From the NCBI RefSeq assembly GCF_001194135.2, contig NC_068990.1, positions 19,031,946 to 19,095,945 on the forward strand: DNA of 64,000 bases. The letters are read 5' to 3'. Source of the stretch: Octopus bimaculoides. Lineage: Eukaryota. This document shows positions 50,192 through 62,795 of this stretch, one piece after another. The notes under the pieces were generated by a model. The model saw only the letters and a program-made list of their open reading frames with translations. It was not told the origin of the DNA and ran no database searches. Position 1 is the stretch's first letter; each line of letters starts with the position of its first letter. Both the position numbers and the translations under genes were made by a program.

Positions 50192-50355
50192 GAGCGCGTT
50201 CTGCCTCATCTTCGAAACGCCTAGTTTAAAATAGAGGCAGCTGATGAAGGAAAATTCCATAAGTGGCTCGTCTGTTTTCCTATGTGTTCATTCTGTTGTC
50301 CGTAGAAATAGTCCGTTTTTGTGCTTTATGTTCCCGTTCCGTTTTTGACGTCCTG
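50192..50355 (+). mobile_element. PLE-pLTR-like segment with a permuted hammerhead-like core, ending at a TA-rich tract
   Basis: GUU CUGCCUC..GAGGCAG CUGAUGA A GGAA AA UUCC, followed by a T-rich 3' segment like the other pLTRs in this window. Confidence 0.45.
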
Positions 50356-50440
50356 TACCGGGATATGCATCTATATATACATGTAGATGTAGGTATGTAC
50401 ATATATGTATGTATACATGCATATGCTCATATATCATTTG

Positions 50441-50481
<41 letters not shown>

Positions 50482-50579
50482 AAAATTCAAAAAACTAGAG
50501 TAGTGAGAAGAAATATGTACACCGATGCGTATGTAATCGTGAATTAAAATATGTAAAGACATCAAAGTTGGTTATGCGT

Positions 50580-51150
50580 GCATATTTTGACGTGTTCTGT
50601 ATTATGCAATGAAAAAAATTGTTTATTTAAACGTTGTTGTAAATAAATTGTATCTTTGCACTGGTAGAAGGGAAAAACTGCGAAATTTGTTTTGATGTTA
50701 CCTGCACATTTCACTATGTGTTGACTAAAAGGAATTTGTCTGTATTGCGGGTACCGGATCTACTCTTTATTTAGAGTGGTTGTCCTTCTGAATGTCATAC
50801 TAGTCTGTCCTATGCAGTGATTATCCACAACCCGAGCAGGTTATTACCTAAATTAGGTTCCCAGAGGTACAAGTGAAGTTGGTTTTAATTGTGAAATGCT
50901 CTCCTTATTTGAAAAGGAAATCTAAGCCTTCAAATAGGTTGGGGCGTGTTCCACAGTTTGGTCATCCACATTTTTTAACCGTTGATTTCGTTGTTGTTAT
51001 GTAAAAGTTTGCATTTGTTAGAAGTCTAGTGATTTGTGTTGCTTTTTGCATTTGATGAGTTTATGCGCTTTCAGGATGTTGTTCATTTTTAGGTCTCTAG
51101 TTAGTAAAGGGTTCTATATGTGAGAGCGTGTCCATATTTTCGTCCCATAA
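50580..51150 (-). mobile_element. Neptune-like PLE fragment: linker zinc finger plus GIY-YIG endonuclease
   Basis: PLLTRDLKMNNIL..RLLTNANF..VKKCG*PNCGT(R)P..FTIKTNFTCTSGNLI*VITCSGCG..CIGQT..YRQIPFSQHI..FAVFPFYQC..RLNKQFF, with stops and frameshifts. Confidence 0.85.
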
Positions 51151-53194
51151 CCGACTGCAAACCGATGTTGGTTTGTTTACATTCTACTCGTAGGTAGTTC
51201 GACAAACGACTCGGATAGTATATGTATAACACTCGAAAAAGTAAGTGCTGGGGGTGCGGCTTTCTAAGAAACTCTTCAAGGCAGAACACCAGTATAGCTG
51301 CAGTGCAATAAATGAAACTCCTAAAAACAGAGATGCGTAATGTTTTATCTTCAGGTGTGTCCGTTATTGTATAGTTTAGTTACAGTGTATTCACTTGGCA
51401 TTAGCGTGGTGTCAGTATTGGAATGTGCATGTTTAGCTACATTTCAAAATATATTCATAATCAATGTTTATGACTTGGCGGCCTGTTTAATGTAATATCT
51501 CAAAACCAAAGCAAAGTCTAGTAAGTAGGGAATTAGTTTCACATGTTGTCATATAACAGATACGAAAGCTGTAAGAAAAATACTTCAGGGTTTCTAGAAG
51601 CAGAAAAGAAAATACATTACTTTAAGAGTAAAGTAAGAATTCTTTTGTGAACATAAAACAGTCATAATGATGCATGATCAACGACTAGTGACGGGTCTAC
51701 ATGATAAATACGCTATGTTACTAGAAGATTCTAATGGCATTCATGATAAAATGCATTACTGAAAGGATAACAAGGTTTTTCAACGGCAAAACTACCATCT
51801 TGTTCTATACACAACATTAGATATTGCGTGTATTTGGTACATCGGAAATCGAATTGTGGTTCACAAAAGCAGGGATTATATCTTGGATGATAAATGGCTC
51901 AATCAGTCCCATAGGTCTTTATCAGCTGACAAGTATTTCAACAGATAGATAAACGAATATATTCGGCCGGAGCACAACATTTTCCTTCTTTAGAATTAAG
52001 AAATATTTCATGCTTAAGTGATTAGAAAAGTCACTGAGGAAAGAGAATAAAAGCGTAATGGCAGCTGGCTTCAATATATTTTCCTAACTACTTTAGAACG
52101 AAAGTTTTACTCATTTCTTACATACGTACTTGTTATATACCTCGCTCCTTGAGAAATATTATTTATAGAGTCTTTTATATTAACGCCCCTACGTAGATGT
52201 ATACCTCATCGTGCATATAAAAACATACAGAACCGCATATAGTTGACATCTATATATATATATATATATATATATATNNNNNNNNNNNNNNNNNNNNNNN
52301 NNNNNNNNNNNNNNNNNNNNNNNNNNNNNNNNNNNNNNNNNNNNNNNNNNNNNNNNNNNNNNNNNNNNNNNNNNNNNNNNNNNNNNNNNNNNNNNNNNNN
52401 NNNNNNNNNNNNNNNNNNNNNNNNNNNNNNNNNNNNNNNNNNNNNNNNNNNNNNNNNNNNNNNNNNNNNNNNNNNNNNNNNNNNNNNNNNNNNNNNNNNN
52501 NNNNNNNNNNNNNNNNNNNNNNNNNNNNNNNNNNNNNNNNNNNNNNNNNNNNNNNNNNNNNNNNNNNNNNNNNNNNNNNNNNNNNNNNNNNNNNNNNNNN
52601 NNNNNNNNNNNNNNNNNNNNNNNNNNNNNNNNNNNNNNNNNNNNNNNNNNNNNNNNNNNNNNNNNNNNNNNNNNNNNNNNNNNNNNNNNNNNNNNNNNNN
52701 NNNNNNNNNNNNNNNNNNNNNNNNNNNNNNNNNNNNNNNNNNNNNNNNNNNNNNNNNNNNNNNNNNNNNNNNNNNNNNNNNNNNNNNNNNNNNNNNNNNN
52801 NNNNNNNNNNNNNNNNNNNNNNNNNNNNNNNNNNNNNNNNNNNNNNNNNNNNNNNNNNNNNNNNNNNNNNNNNNNNNNNNNNNNNNNNNNNNNNNNNNNN
52901 NNNNNNNNNNNNNNNNNNNNNNNNNNNNNNNNNNNNNNNNNNNNNNNNNNNNNNNNNNNNNNNNNNNNNNNNNNNNNNNNNNNNNNNNNNNNNNNNNNNN
53001 NNNNNNNNNNNNNNNNNNNNNNNNNNNNNNNNNNNNNNNNNNNNNNNNNNNNNNNNNNNNNNNNNNNNNNNNNNNNNNNNNNNNNNNNNNNNNNNNNNNN
53101 NNNNNNNNNNNNNNNNNNNNNNNNNNNNNNNNNNNNNNNNNNNNNNNNNNNNNNNNNNNNNNNNNNNNNNNNNNNNNNNNNNNNNNNNNNNNNN

Positions 53195-53238
<44 letters not shown>

Positions 53239-53348
53239 CATTGTTTAGTTATTGAGTAAACCAACAGGTACATCTTCCGAGGACAGATAAATATATGTTA
53301 TATTTACAAGTTAATCTACACGAGATTTAAGGTGAACTTCAATAAATA

Positions 53349-53470
53349 TTAGCACACCGGAAAAATACTTAGCGGCATTCCTTTGTCTTTTTACTCTTAG
53401 TTCAAATTCCGCCGAGGTCGACTTTACTTTTCATCCTTTCTGCGTCAACAATTATCGTACTCTCTCCCCC
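53349..53470 (+). mobile_element. Partial SINE family 1 copy
   Basis: ttagcacaccgg..cttagcggcatt..gttcaaattccgccgaggtcgactttacttttcatcc. Confidence 0.8.
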
Positions 53471-53663
53471 GAATTTTCCAACAATTTCAAACAAATATAC
53501 CCTGGATTATTATGCAAACTACTATAGAGAGTCATGAAACCTATTGTAATTACATCCTTTGCATTCTATGTAATTACGTTCTATGTTACGTATACGCATA
53601 CATATATATACACATCTAGACATATGTATACATGTATACTTATGTATGAAAGTATACATGCAT

Positions 53664-53717
<54 letters not shown>

Positions 53718-54756
53718 TTGTATCAATGTTCTTATATAGACTTTCAAAATAAATACAAAAGAAAAACAAAAGATATCTATACAGAAAGAATGATAGGGAG
53801 ATAGATAAACAAATAGAAGTGTGTGTATGTGTGTAGATAGGTAGATAGATAGACGTTGTGATTCAGAGAAAAGTAAATCTATCATTACGCTATAGAAATC
53901 CTTAGAAACGAACACGGACCGTTAACTATAAGAAACAGAAATAACAAGAAAAAATCTGATTCTTTAGAAGTTGTTATAAATCTAGTGTTCAAGATGTATC
54001 CCTTCTCCATGTACCACCATTTACTGGACTTTTGTAAAAAAATGTTCAGTGTAGCATCTGTGATTTTCTTAGTAATGATATAATGTGAGAAAGGTAACGG
54101 TGTGAAAGGGTTTACTTGTTGAGGCGACATACTCTTTAGAATGGAATGAGTACGAATAAATATATACTGGGTTTTAACATATTTAGTGCTGTTCTAAATA
54201 TAGCAAAAGATGGTCGCGGAGGTAGAGTTGGAATGAAATTTCCTTTTTGTGGTGTTAGACTATCTTTTAGTACCCAGGGCAGTAGCTATATTATACTGGG
54301 CAAATATAGAGATAGTATTTAATGTGAGGTCGTAGATATGCCAGCGTATCGGTTGTACAATACACGTATCTTGATATATTTTTCTGTCATTATTTCACGT
54401 ATCTATCCATACCCATATCTGCGATATGAAATGCATATTATTGCTCTTAAACTGCTTGTTATTATGGAAGAAAATAAGATAGTAACGGTTTAGCATTGTG
54501 ACGAAATTGATTATTTTCAGTAATCAGGAATAACGTGCTTCCATATGTTCGAAGCAAAAGTTTGAGTAGCTCGGAATTGTTTGACCTCAGATTACATTTG
54601 CTCATGTTAAGGTCCTCTGATCAATTATTTTTGTGAAAATAAAATCTCCATCTAAAATATTGTTCAACATTTTTCGTTTCTGCAGTAGACTTGAAAAGAA
54701 AACTTTTGTACATATATGGGTATATGCATGTAATATGCATATGTACATATACAATA

Positions 54757-54809
<53 letters not shown>

Positions 54810-57504
54810 NNNNNNNNNNNNNNNNNNNNNNNNNNNNNNNNNNNNNNNNNNNNNNNNNNNNNNNNNNNNNNNNNNNNNNNNNNNNNNNNNNNNNNNNNNN
54901 NNNNNNNNNNNNNNNNNNNNNNNNNNNNNNNNNNNNNNNNNNNNNNNNNNNNNNNNNNNNNNNNNNNNNNNNNNTATATATAGGCAAATACTTGTACTGG
55001 CGTACCTCTGCATCTGTCACAATATATGAAATGTGTATTTTGTGATCCACGGTGTATGATATTTTATTTGATTCGATATCAGCTTTATCTATCAGTTTTG
55101 TGTGGGTTTTATAGTATCGCAATGACATGTACAATCCTGTATTTGCTAACATAAATCAATATATTGTTTTATACTCCTATACTCTAGGGTCTGTTAGATT
55201 CCATGTTATTTTCAACAAATATTGATGTACACGTATATACACAAATTCATACACGCACGCACAATCACACAGGTGCATATATCCTTCTCGTTACAAATAT
55301 ATGCATATGTTTCTATTTTATATATAAATCATCGTGTTTCTGTATTTCATACATTATCATACTTCTCCCTTCTCACACAAATATCGACTGTATGCATTCA
55401 TACATATTATATATATAATTTTCTCCTTACACATACATAAGAATATATTCTCTTCATAATACACAGAGAGAGAAAGAGAGAGAGAGAGACAAGGAAGTAC
55501 ATGCACGCATATACACATATACATGCGTAGTTACACACACAAACCAAAATCACTATCTTGAATCTCTCATGCATACGAGCACACATCTATACACACACAT
55601 ACACACACACACATTCACATCTTCGTGATAGTTTAGTTTGTATTTTTAAACGAGGAAGAATATGTAAAACATAAAATAGTTTGTATATATATATTTTATG
55701 TGAAGTTTAAACTTAATAAAGCATAAATCTAAACTTTACGTTACTGACTCTTTAAACCAGCGAAGTAGGTAAATGACACGAAATTACGCATGAACAATAA
55801 TTTGAAAGACGTCAAACTACAATTACATCACTATACATTGTGATTTGATTGGTTGGCGAAAAAGCATTTCAAATCATACCGCATTAATCTGTTCAACTCG
55901 ATATGCAGGATACAGCTATAACTATAATGTTTTCAGTCATTCATACATATAAATACATCTAAGCCCGCGAGCTGGGTATTATTAAGAAGGTTTTATTGTT
56001 TATTTATGTGAAAATTTGATTTCTGTTTATATGACTATTAATAATGCATAGTAACTCAATGCTGTTGGATATAAGTGATTCTCATCACTGCTAGGGCGTT
56101 GCTAGCATCCCCCAACACATAGATGCATGTACAATTTCATTGGTTCATATTTTAAAGCAAAATTTGAAAACAGTGACTATAAAATGTCATCTTAGTCGAG
56201 AGGAATGTATCACATTTGTTAATGGAGGACTATTGTAGGATCACTTGTGAATTACAAAGGCTCGACTTACTTCAGTTTTATAATCAGCATCCTTTAAAAT
56301 CCAGTTGTATTTTGATACCGAAGAGGTAATATGCTTTTCTGAATGTCAAACTATACCTTGTCGCAAGGATTTATTTTCAAAAGGATTTGTCAGTTAATGC
56401 ATATTAGTGTTTTTTTTTTGTTTTTTTTTTAATATTTAATCTATTTTGAAATAGATCGTTTGGATGGAGTGATTATTTTAAAGGAGGAAAAAAATGAACC
56501 AATTACTAATGTTTTCACTTTATAATTCCAACTGAAACAACGAAATCGTTAGAGCCAGAGTGGCTCAAATTGGCTAATTTTATATCTTATTATAAATATG
56601 GCCTATAAGTAAATATTTATGCGTATATTATAAAAATTTCTTGGAATCCCATGTACGGACGTTTATGCTATAAGGAGGTTTATAACATTGAGTTAATATA
56701 TTGTTTAGTTTTACCTTCGTGAATATCACTGCAGTTCTGTATATATTGCTTTCTTGGTTGGAAGTGACTGAATTGTACTGTCTTATTGCCAGGATGAATT
56801 AACTACTTCTTATCAAAGAATCAGCTGGGTATACGCATAGTAATGTTACTAGCGGCTGTTTGAAAGAATATTGGAGGGAAGCGGTCAGGTTTTATGTATT
56901 GCTGTAGGCGCCATAAGAGAAGAGATCTTATTACACAAAACTATGCTTGGAACATATAAATTACATGCTACCAGAAATAAGCTTTCTCACATCAGTATGG
57001 ATATTATTTTATGTGTTATTAATTTCCGATTGATTAATGTTATCTTCTCTCTGTTTTACTTTATAACTAAGATTTTGGTTCTTCTTCGAAAAATAAGCGA
57101 CCCATTTTAATACAAGTAGCCATTCACCTACTAAATGGTTCATTACATTCATTTCGATTATATTCATGTATAGCACAATTGCTTTAATATTAGAAAACTT
57201 CACCATGGCATAATTATGAATCGTTAAATAATAATTTTTGGAAGTTTGACATTTGTTTAAAGATAGCAATAATTAAAACCAAGATGGAATTCTACTCTTT
57301 TCTTCATAGAACGCTAGTGGACTATAAACTGAGAGTAAGAAGAGTAATTTCTTAGTATTCGTATACAAAATATACATAGTTATTCCTGGAAAATCACCTT
57401 TCTAAAAATGTCTTGTGAAACGAATAAATCCAGTTGTTGCTACAAGCAACTAACTAAACAAGCCAACTTTCCGTATATTACGTCAGAAATAAATTAGTCA
57501 CAAA

Positions 57505-57561
<57 letters not shown>

Positions 57562-57626
57562 ATCTCTTTCTTTCTGTCGATTTCTTGTTCTCTCTTCCTC
57601 TCTCCCTCTATATTTATTTATGTATG

Positions 57627-57678
<52 letters not shown>

Positions 57679-57877
57679 ACATTGCTAATTCACCTTCTAA
57701 ATGAGAGGGCGTCCTTAGGATCAAGCCCCCAGCTCAAAAACATGATACTGGGGGGGGGGCATCTCATGGTAATAAAATGCTTCTCCATATTTCCCGCCTG
57801 AGGAATAGGTGGAGATTGACGTTTATTATAAAGTCCTATGCCTATAAGGTTTTGCCTTGGCTGAGGTCTAACTTTTA

Positions 57878-57950
57878 GAATGCGAAACGGGTTCTCACTT
57901 AAATTATATTGAAAGAACACAATCGTATTTTGTACAAAATTGTATAATAC

Positions 57951-58014
<64 letters not shown>

Positions 58015-58109
58015 GATGAGGGTCATAATAATAAAAATATTATATACTTTTGCACAAAATACGATTGTGTTCTTTTAATATAATTAAAGTAAGAACCGGT
58101 TTCACATTC
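57878..58109. repeat. Two convergent about 83-bp pLTR ends flanking an (ATT)n microsatellite
   Basis: 57878-57960 is the reverse complement of 58027-58109 (roughly 85-90% identical). Each has GAAAC(C/G)GGUU on its inward-reading strand. Confidence 0.85.
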
Positions 58110-58830
58110 CACATCAAGCTAAGGGTTGAAAATACACATATTGCTAAGGGGGAAGACATATGACTAGGGCAGATAATTGTTGACTCATTTATTTTACAAT
58201 AAAGTGGAGGTAAATATGTAATTTTTATTTTTGGTCTGTATTTTATTCTGGCTTATAACATACAATAGAAGGAGTAAGTCTTTTATTTTTAATGTTGGTT
58301 CATATTAAATTATGATTTATATTTTTTTAATAAATGAGGCTTCTTTATTCAATCTTACTTGTTTGTGTCGAGGTTCAAAAATCAGGTTGATAAATTGGGA
58401 AAATTACGAATTGTGGTTGTAATCGTTCTGCACGTTCGTCAATGTGTTGACTGAAACATATTTGGCGATATTATAGGGAGGATATTTGTTGTTTGTGGGT
58501 TGTAATCTCTGTCTTATCGACATTCCTGTAGAACCAATTTAGTTGCGATGGGAGCCCAAGCATCTGAAATCGTAAATAAGTTTTTGGGAGGCGGAAGTTA
58601 AGTTAGATTTGATTTTGAATATTTACCGTAAATGGAATTCCGATCCTTGTCACAGATTGTTCCCCCAGTAAAATATTTTCTGGCGATTTTCTTTCTCCGT
58701 CTTTCCTTCTTTGGACTTTTCCTATATTTCTGAGGGAGATCTCCAATCGAAACGTTAAATCCTCTTTCTTTTCTTTCCTTTCCTGAGTATCCAATAACAC
58801 TGTACTTTTTCCACGTACTCGTGTTGTTTT
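58027..58830 (-). mobile_element. Second Neptune-like PLE fragment (thumb/linker remnant, GIY-YIG, pLTR)
   Basis: GIPFTVN..TSASQKLIYDFRCLGS..*IGSTGMSIRQR..VRLNKEASFIKK; same motif order as 50580-51150. Confidence 0.75.
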
Positions 58831-59114
58831 GTCGCGTTTTTAATTTTTTTTCTTGTTTGTTCTTGTTTAAATTGATTATATGTATACACACACACACACA
58901 CATATATACGTCTGCGTATGTGAGTGCGCGAACGTGTATATATATATATATATATATATTGATTTTCGTAAATATTTTATTGAGTTATAAACTTATAAAC
59001 AGACGTGTATTTACGCCTACCCATATGGACACGTACTCATATATCTGTCCTGCCAGATTTTGAAATGTAATAAATGTATACAAAAATGATAATTTTTATA
59101 TTCCCTCTAAAAAG

Positions 59115-59222
59115 ACTTCTTTTGTTATATTTTATTCAATTTTTCTTTTATTTTATTTATTTCAGGTAAGTTTTAAAACCCATAATTTCATTCGTGACAC
59201 AGACATATTTGCTCAGGTAAGT
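59115..59222 (+). promoter_or_regulatory. Candidate recursive splice site (poly-Y, CAG|GTAAGT) with a 51-nt RS-exon (59166-59216) ending in CAG|GTAAGT
   Basis: About 50 nt AG-free, U-rich tract; ttcag 59161-59165; gtaagt 59166-59171; second cag|gtaagt at 59214-59222. Phase-0 frame is open (VSFKTHNFIRDTDIFAQ). Confidence 0.55.
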
Positions 59223-59648
59223 TAGTTTGAAATACCGTTCGATTTATCGACATCAACAATCTATATTAAAATATAAATATTCTACTAAAGTGATTTCTAA
59301 ATGTTTACAACCAGAGAATTGCATTAAGGAATAGGTGTCACAGACGATGACTCAAATTGTGATTGAAGTGTTTTTTTCTTGTCTATAGGCACTTTATTTT
59401 GGTTACTATTGGTTGCAATGAGGAAGAAATATTGTATGATTGTAAAAATTTATTGAAAGCAATATTGAAAACTTTTTAAAAGCATTTCACTTAGAATAAC
59501 ACTTTGGCTTTAGGCAACGATTAATAACATGAATGAATATTATGATGCAATGTTGAAATACATAAGTATCTACAGAAGTCAAAGCAACCTATACAATCGC
59601 AATACCCTGGATTATAAATTTCTCGTAAACGAACATTCATGTCTGTGG

Positions 59649-59685
<37 letters not shown>

Positions 59686-59764
59686 AAATCTCTGTTGCAA
59701 TAAAAACAGCACAAAAGTGATATTTTTGATAACGTCACCATGCATTTTAAAAATTCCATTTTGT

Positions 59765-60019
59765 TTAATCTTACTTCAAAAGAATTTATATATATATATG
59801 TGTGTGAGTGTGTGTGTGTGTGTGTTTGTGTATGTGTGTGTGTATATGTGTGTGTGTGTAGAGGGGTATGTGTGTGTAGAGGGGTATGTGTGTGTATACA
59901 TATGTATATATGTATGTATAAACGTCTATATACATATGTATTGCATATGTATGTGTATGTACATATATATAAATATATATATATATATACACTAATAAAC
60001 AAATATATGTACGTATATA

Positions 60020-60080
<61 letters not shown>
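59765..60080. repeat. (TG)/(TA) microsatellite field preceding a gap
   Basis: Seen directly. Confidence 0.95.
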
Positions 60081-61047
60081 NNNNNNNNNNNNNNNNNNNN
60101 NNNNNNNNNNNNNNNNNNNNNNNNNNNNNNNNNNNNNNNNNNNNNNNNNNNNNNNNNNNNNNNNNNNNNNNNNNNNNNNNNNNNNNNNNNNNNNNNNNNN
60201 NNNNNNNNNNNNNNNNNNNNNNNNNNNNNNNNNNNNNNNNNNNNNNNNNNNNNNNNNNNNNNNNNNNNNNNNNNNNNNNNNNNNNNNNNNNNNNNNNNNN
60301 NNNNNNNNNNNNNNNNNNNNNNNNNNNNNNNNNNNNNNNNNNNNNNNNNNNNNNNNNNNNNNNNNNNNNNNNNNNNNNNNNNNNNNNNNNNNNNNNNNNN
60401 NNNNNNNNNNNNNNNNNNNNNNNNNNNNNNNNNNNNNNNNNNNNNNNNNNNNNNNNNNNNNNNNNNNNNNNNNNNNNNNNNNNNNNNNNNNNNNNNNNNN
60501 NNNNNNNNNNNNNNNNNNNNNNNNNNNNNNNNNNNNNNNNNNNNNNNNNNNNNNNNNNNNNNNNNNNNNNNNNNNNNNNNNNNNNNNNNNNNNNNNNNNN
60601 NNNNNNNNNNNNNNNNNNNNNNNNNNNNNNNNNNNNNNNNNNNNNNNNNNNNNNNNNNNNNNNNNNNNNNNNNNNNNNNNNNNNNNNNNNNNNNNNNNNN
60701 NNNNNNNNNNNNNNNNNNNNNNNNNNNNNNNNNNNNNNNNNNNNNNNNNNNNNNNNNNNNNNNNNNNNNNNNNNNNNNNNNNNNNNNNNNNNNNNNNNNN
60801 NNNNNNNNNNNNNNNNNNNNNNNNNNNNNNNNNNNNNNNNNNNNNNNNNNNNNNNNNNNNNNNNNNNNNNNNNNNNNNNNNNNNNNNNNNNNNNNNNNNN
60901 NNNNNNNNNNNNNNNNNNNNNNNNNNNNNNNNNNNNNNNNNNNNNNNNNNNNNNNNNNNNNNNNNNNNNNNNNNNNNNNNNNNNNNNNNNNNNNNNNNNN
61001 NNNNNNNNTATATATATATATATATATATGATTACATATATAAGGAT

Positions 61048-61105
<58 letters not shown>

Positions 61106-61527
61106 ATTTATGATTATTATTCTTAAACAAGGATCTCAGCCAACTGAGCCATCGACGGACGGTGTGTTAGCCGACCGAAACTTTGATGTCACTGTCAACA
61201 AGATTCATTTAAAACAATGATGAATTTGTACTCTACAGATATAGAGTAACAGATTGGATTAATGTAAATTGCTTTAGAACCGAATATAAAAACAAAAATT
61301 AATATATAAACATATGTTTACGTACGTACCTAGATCATTGATACATACACTACATAATATGACTACAGCTTGTATTAGAACAATCTGCTGAACCTTTCAA
61401 GATATAAGGGAGATATAAATAAAACACAAAGCTTCCATTCAAACCTTGTTACCAAACAGGTGTCCGGTCAATGATTATTTTACATTACATATGCATATGC
61501 ATACATATGCATACATACATATACATA

Positions 61528-61564
<37 letters not shown>

Positions 61565-61633
61565 GTGTCGCCATGATATATCGCTTGTCACTATACCATT
61601 GTCTATTTTCTCTCCCTGATTATTTCTTTGTTC

Positions 61634-61768
61634 CTTTCTTTCGAAGAGCGTAGGTTCGAAACGTAAAAGACTTTCTCATTTCCCGAGCGTTAAACTAATA
61701 CATCTGTTTGTTCTTAACACACCAGGCCTCGTCTTCTGTTTTTTTTTGTAAATTCTCACTATATATAT
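61634..61768 (+). mobile_element. Solo PLE-type pLTR (same family as 30294-30420) with degenerate hammerhead, 3' end at a (TA)n gap
   Basis: CUUU CUUUCGA A GAGC GUAG GUUC GAAAC GUA AAAG (61634-61669). Colinear with the reverse complement of 30294-30420. Confidence 0.7.
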
Positions 61769-62752
61769 NNNNNNNNNNNNNNNNNNNNNNNNNNNNNNNN
61801 NNNNNNNNNNNNNNNNNNNNNNNNNNNNNNNNNNNNNNNNNNNNNNNNNNNNNNNNNNNNNNNNNNNNNNNNNNNNNNNNNNNNNNNNNNNNNNNNNNNN
61901 NNNNNNNNNNNNNNNNNNNNNNNNNNNNNNNNNNNNNNNNNNNNNNNNNNNNNNNNNNNNNNNNNNNNNNNNNNNNNNNNNNNNNNNNNNNNNNNNNNNN
62001 NNNNNNNNNNNNNNNNNNNNNNNNNNNNNNNNNNNNNNNNNNNNNNNNNNNNNNNNNNNNNNNNNNNNNNNNNNNNNNNNNNNNNNNNNNNNNNNNNNNN
62101 NNNNNNNNNNNNNNNNNNNNNNNNNNNNNNNNNNNNNNNNNNNNNNNNNNNNNNNNNNNNNNNNNNNNNNNNNNNNNNNNNNNNNNNNNNNNNNNNNNNN
62201 NNNNNNNNNNNNNNNNNNNNNNNNNNNNNNNNNNNNNNNNNNNNNNNNNNNNNNNNNNNNNNNNNNNNNNNNNNNNNNNNNNNNNNNNNNNNNNNNNNNN
62301 NNNNNNNNNNNNNNNNNNNNNNNNNNNNNNNNNNNNNNNNNNNNNNNNNNNNNNNNNNNNNNNNNNNNNNNNNNNNNNNNNNNNNNNNNNNNNNNNNNNN
62401 NNNNNNNNNNNNNNNNNNNNNNNNNNNNNNNNNNNNNNNNNNNNNNNNNNNNNNNNNNNNNNNNNNNNNNNNNNNNNNNNNNNNNNNNNNNNNNNNNNNN
62501 NNNNNNNNNNNNNNNNNNNNNNNNNNNNNNNNNNNNNNNNNNNNNNNNNNNNNNNNNNNNNNNNNNNNNNNNNNNNNNNNNNNNNNNNNNNNNNNNNNNN
62601 NNNNNNNNNNNNNNNNNNNNNNNNNNNNNNNNNNNNNNNNNNNNNNNNNNNNNNNNNNNNNNNNATATATATATATATAAACATGTATGTATACGAAAAC
62701 GTATATAGGCTCGTGGCCTTCTGCATAATTATTCGTAAGAAATAACATTACA

Positions 62753-62795
<43 letters not shown>

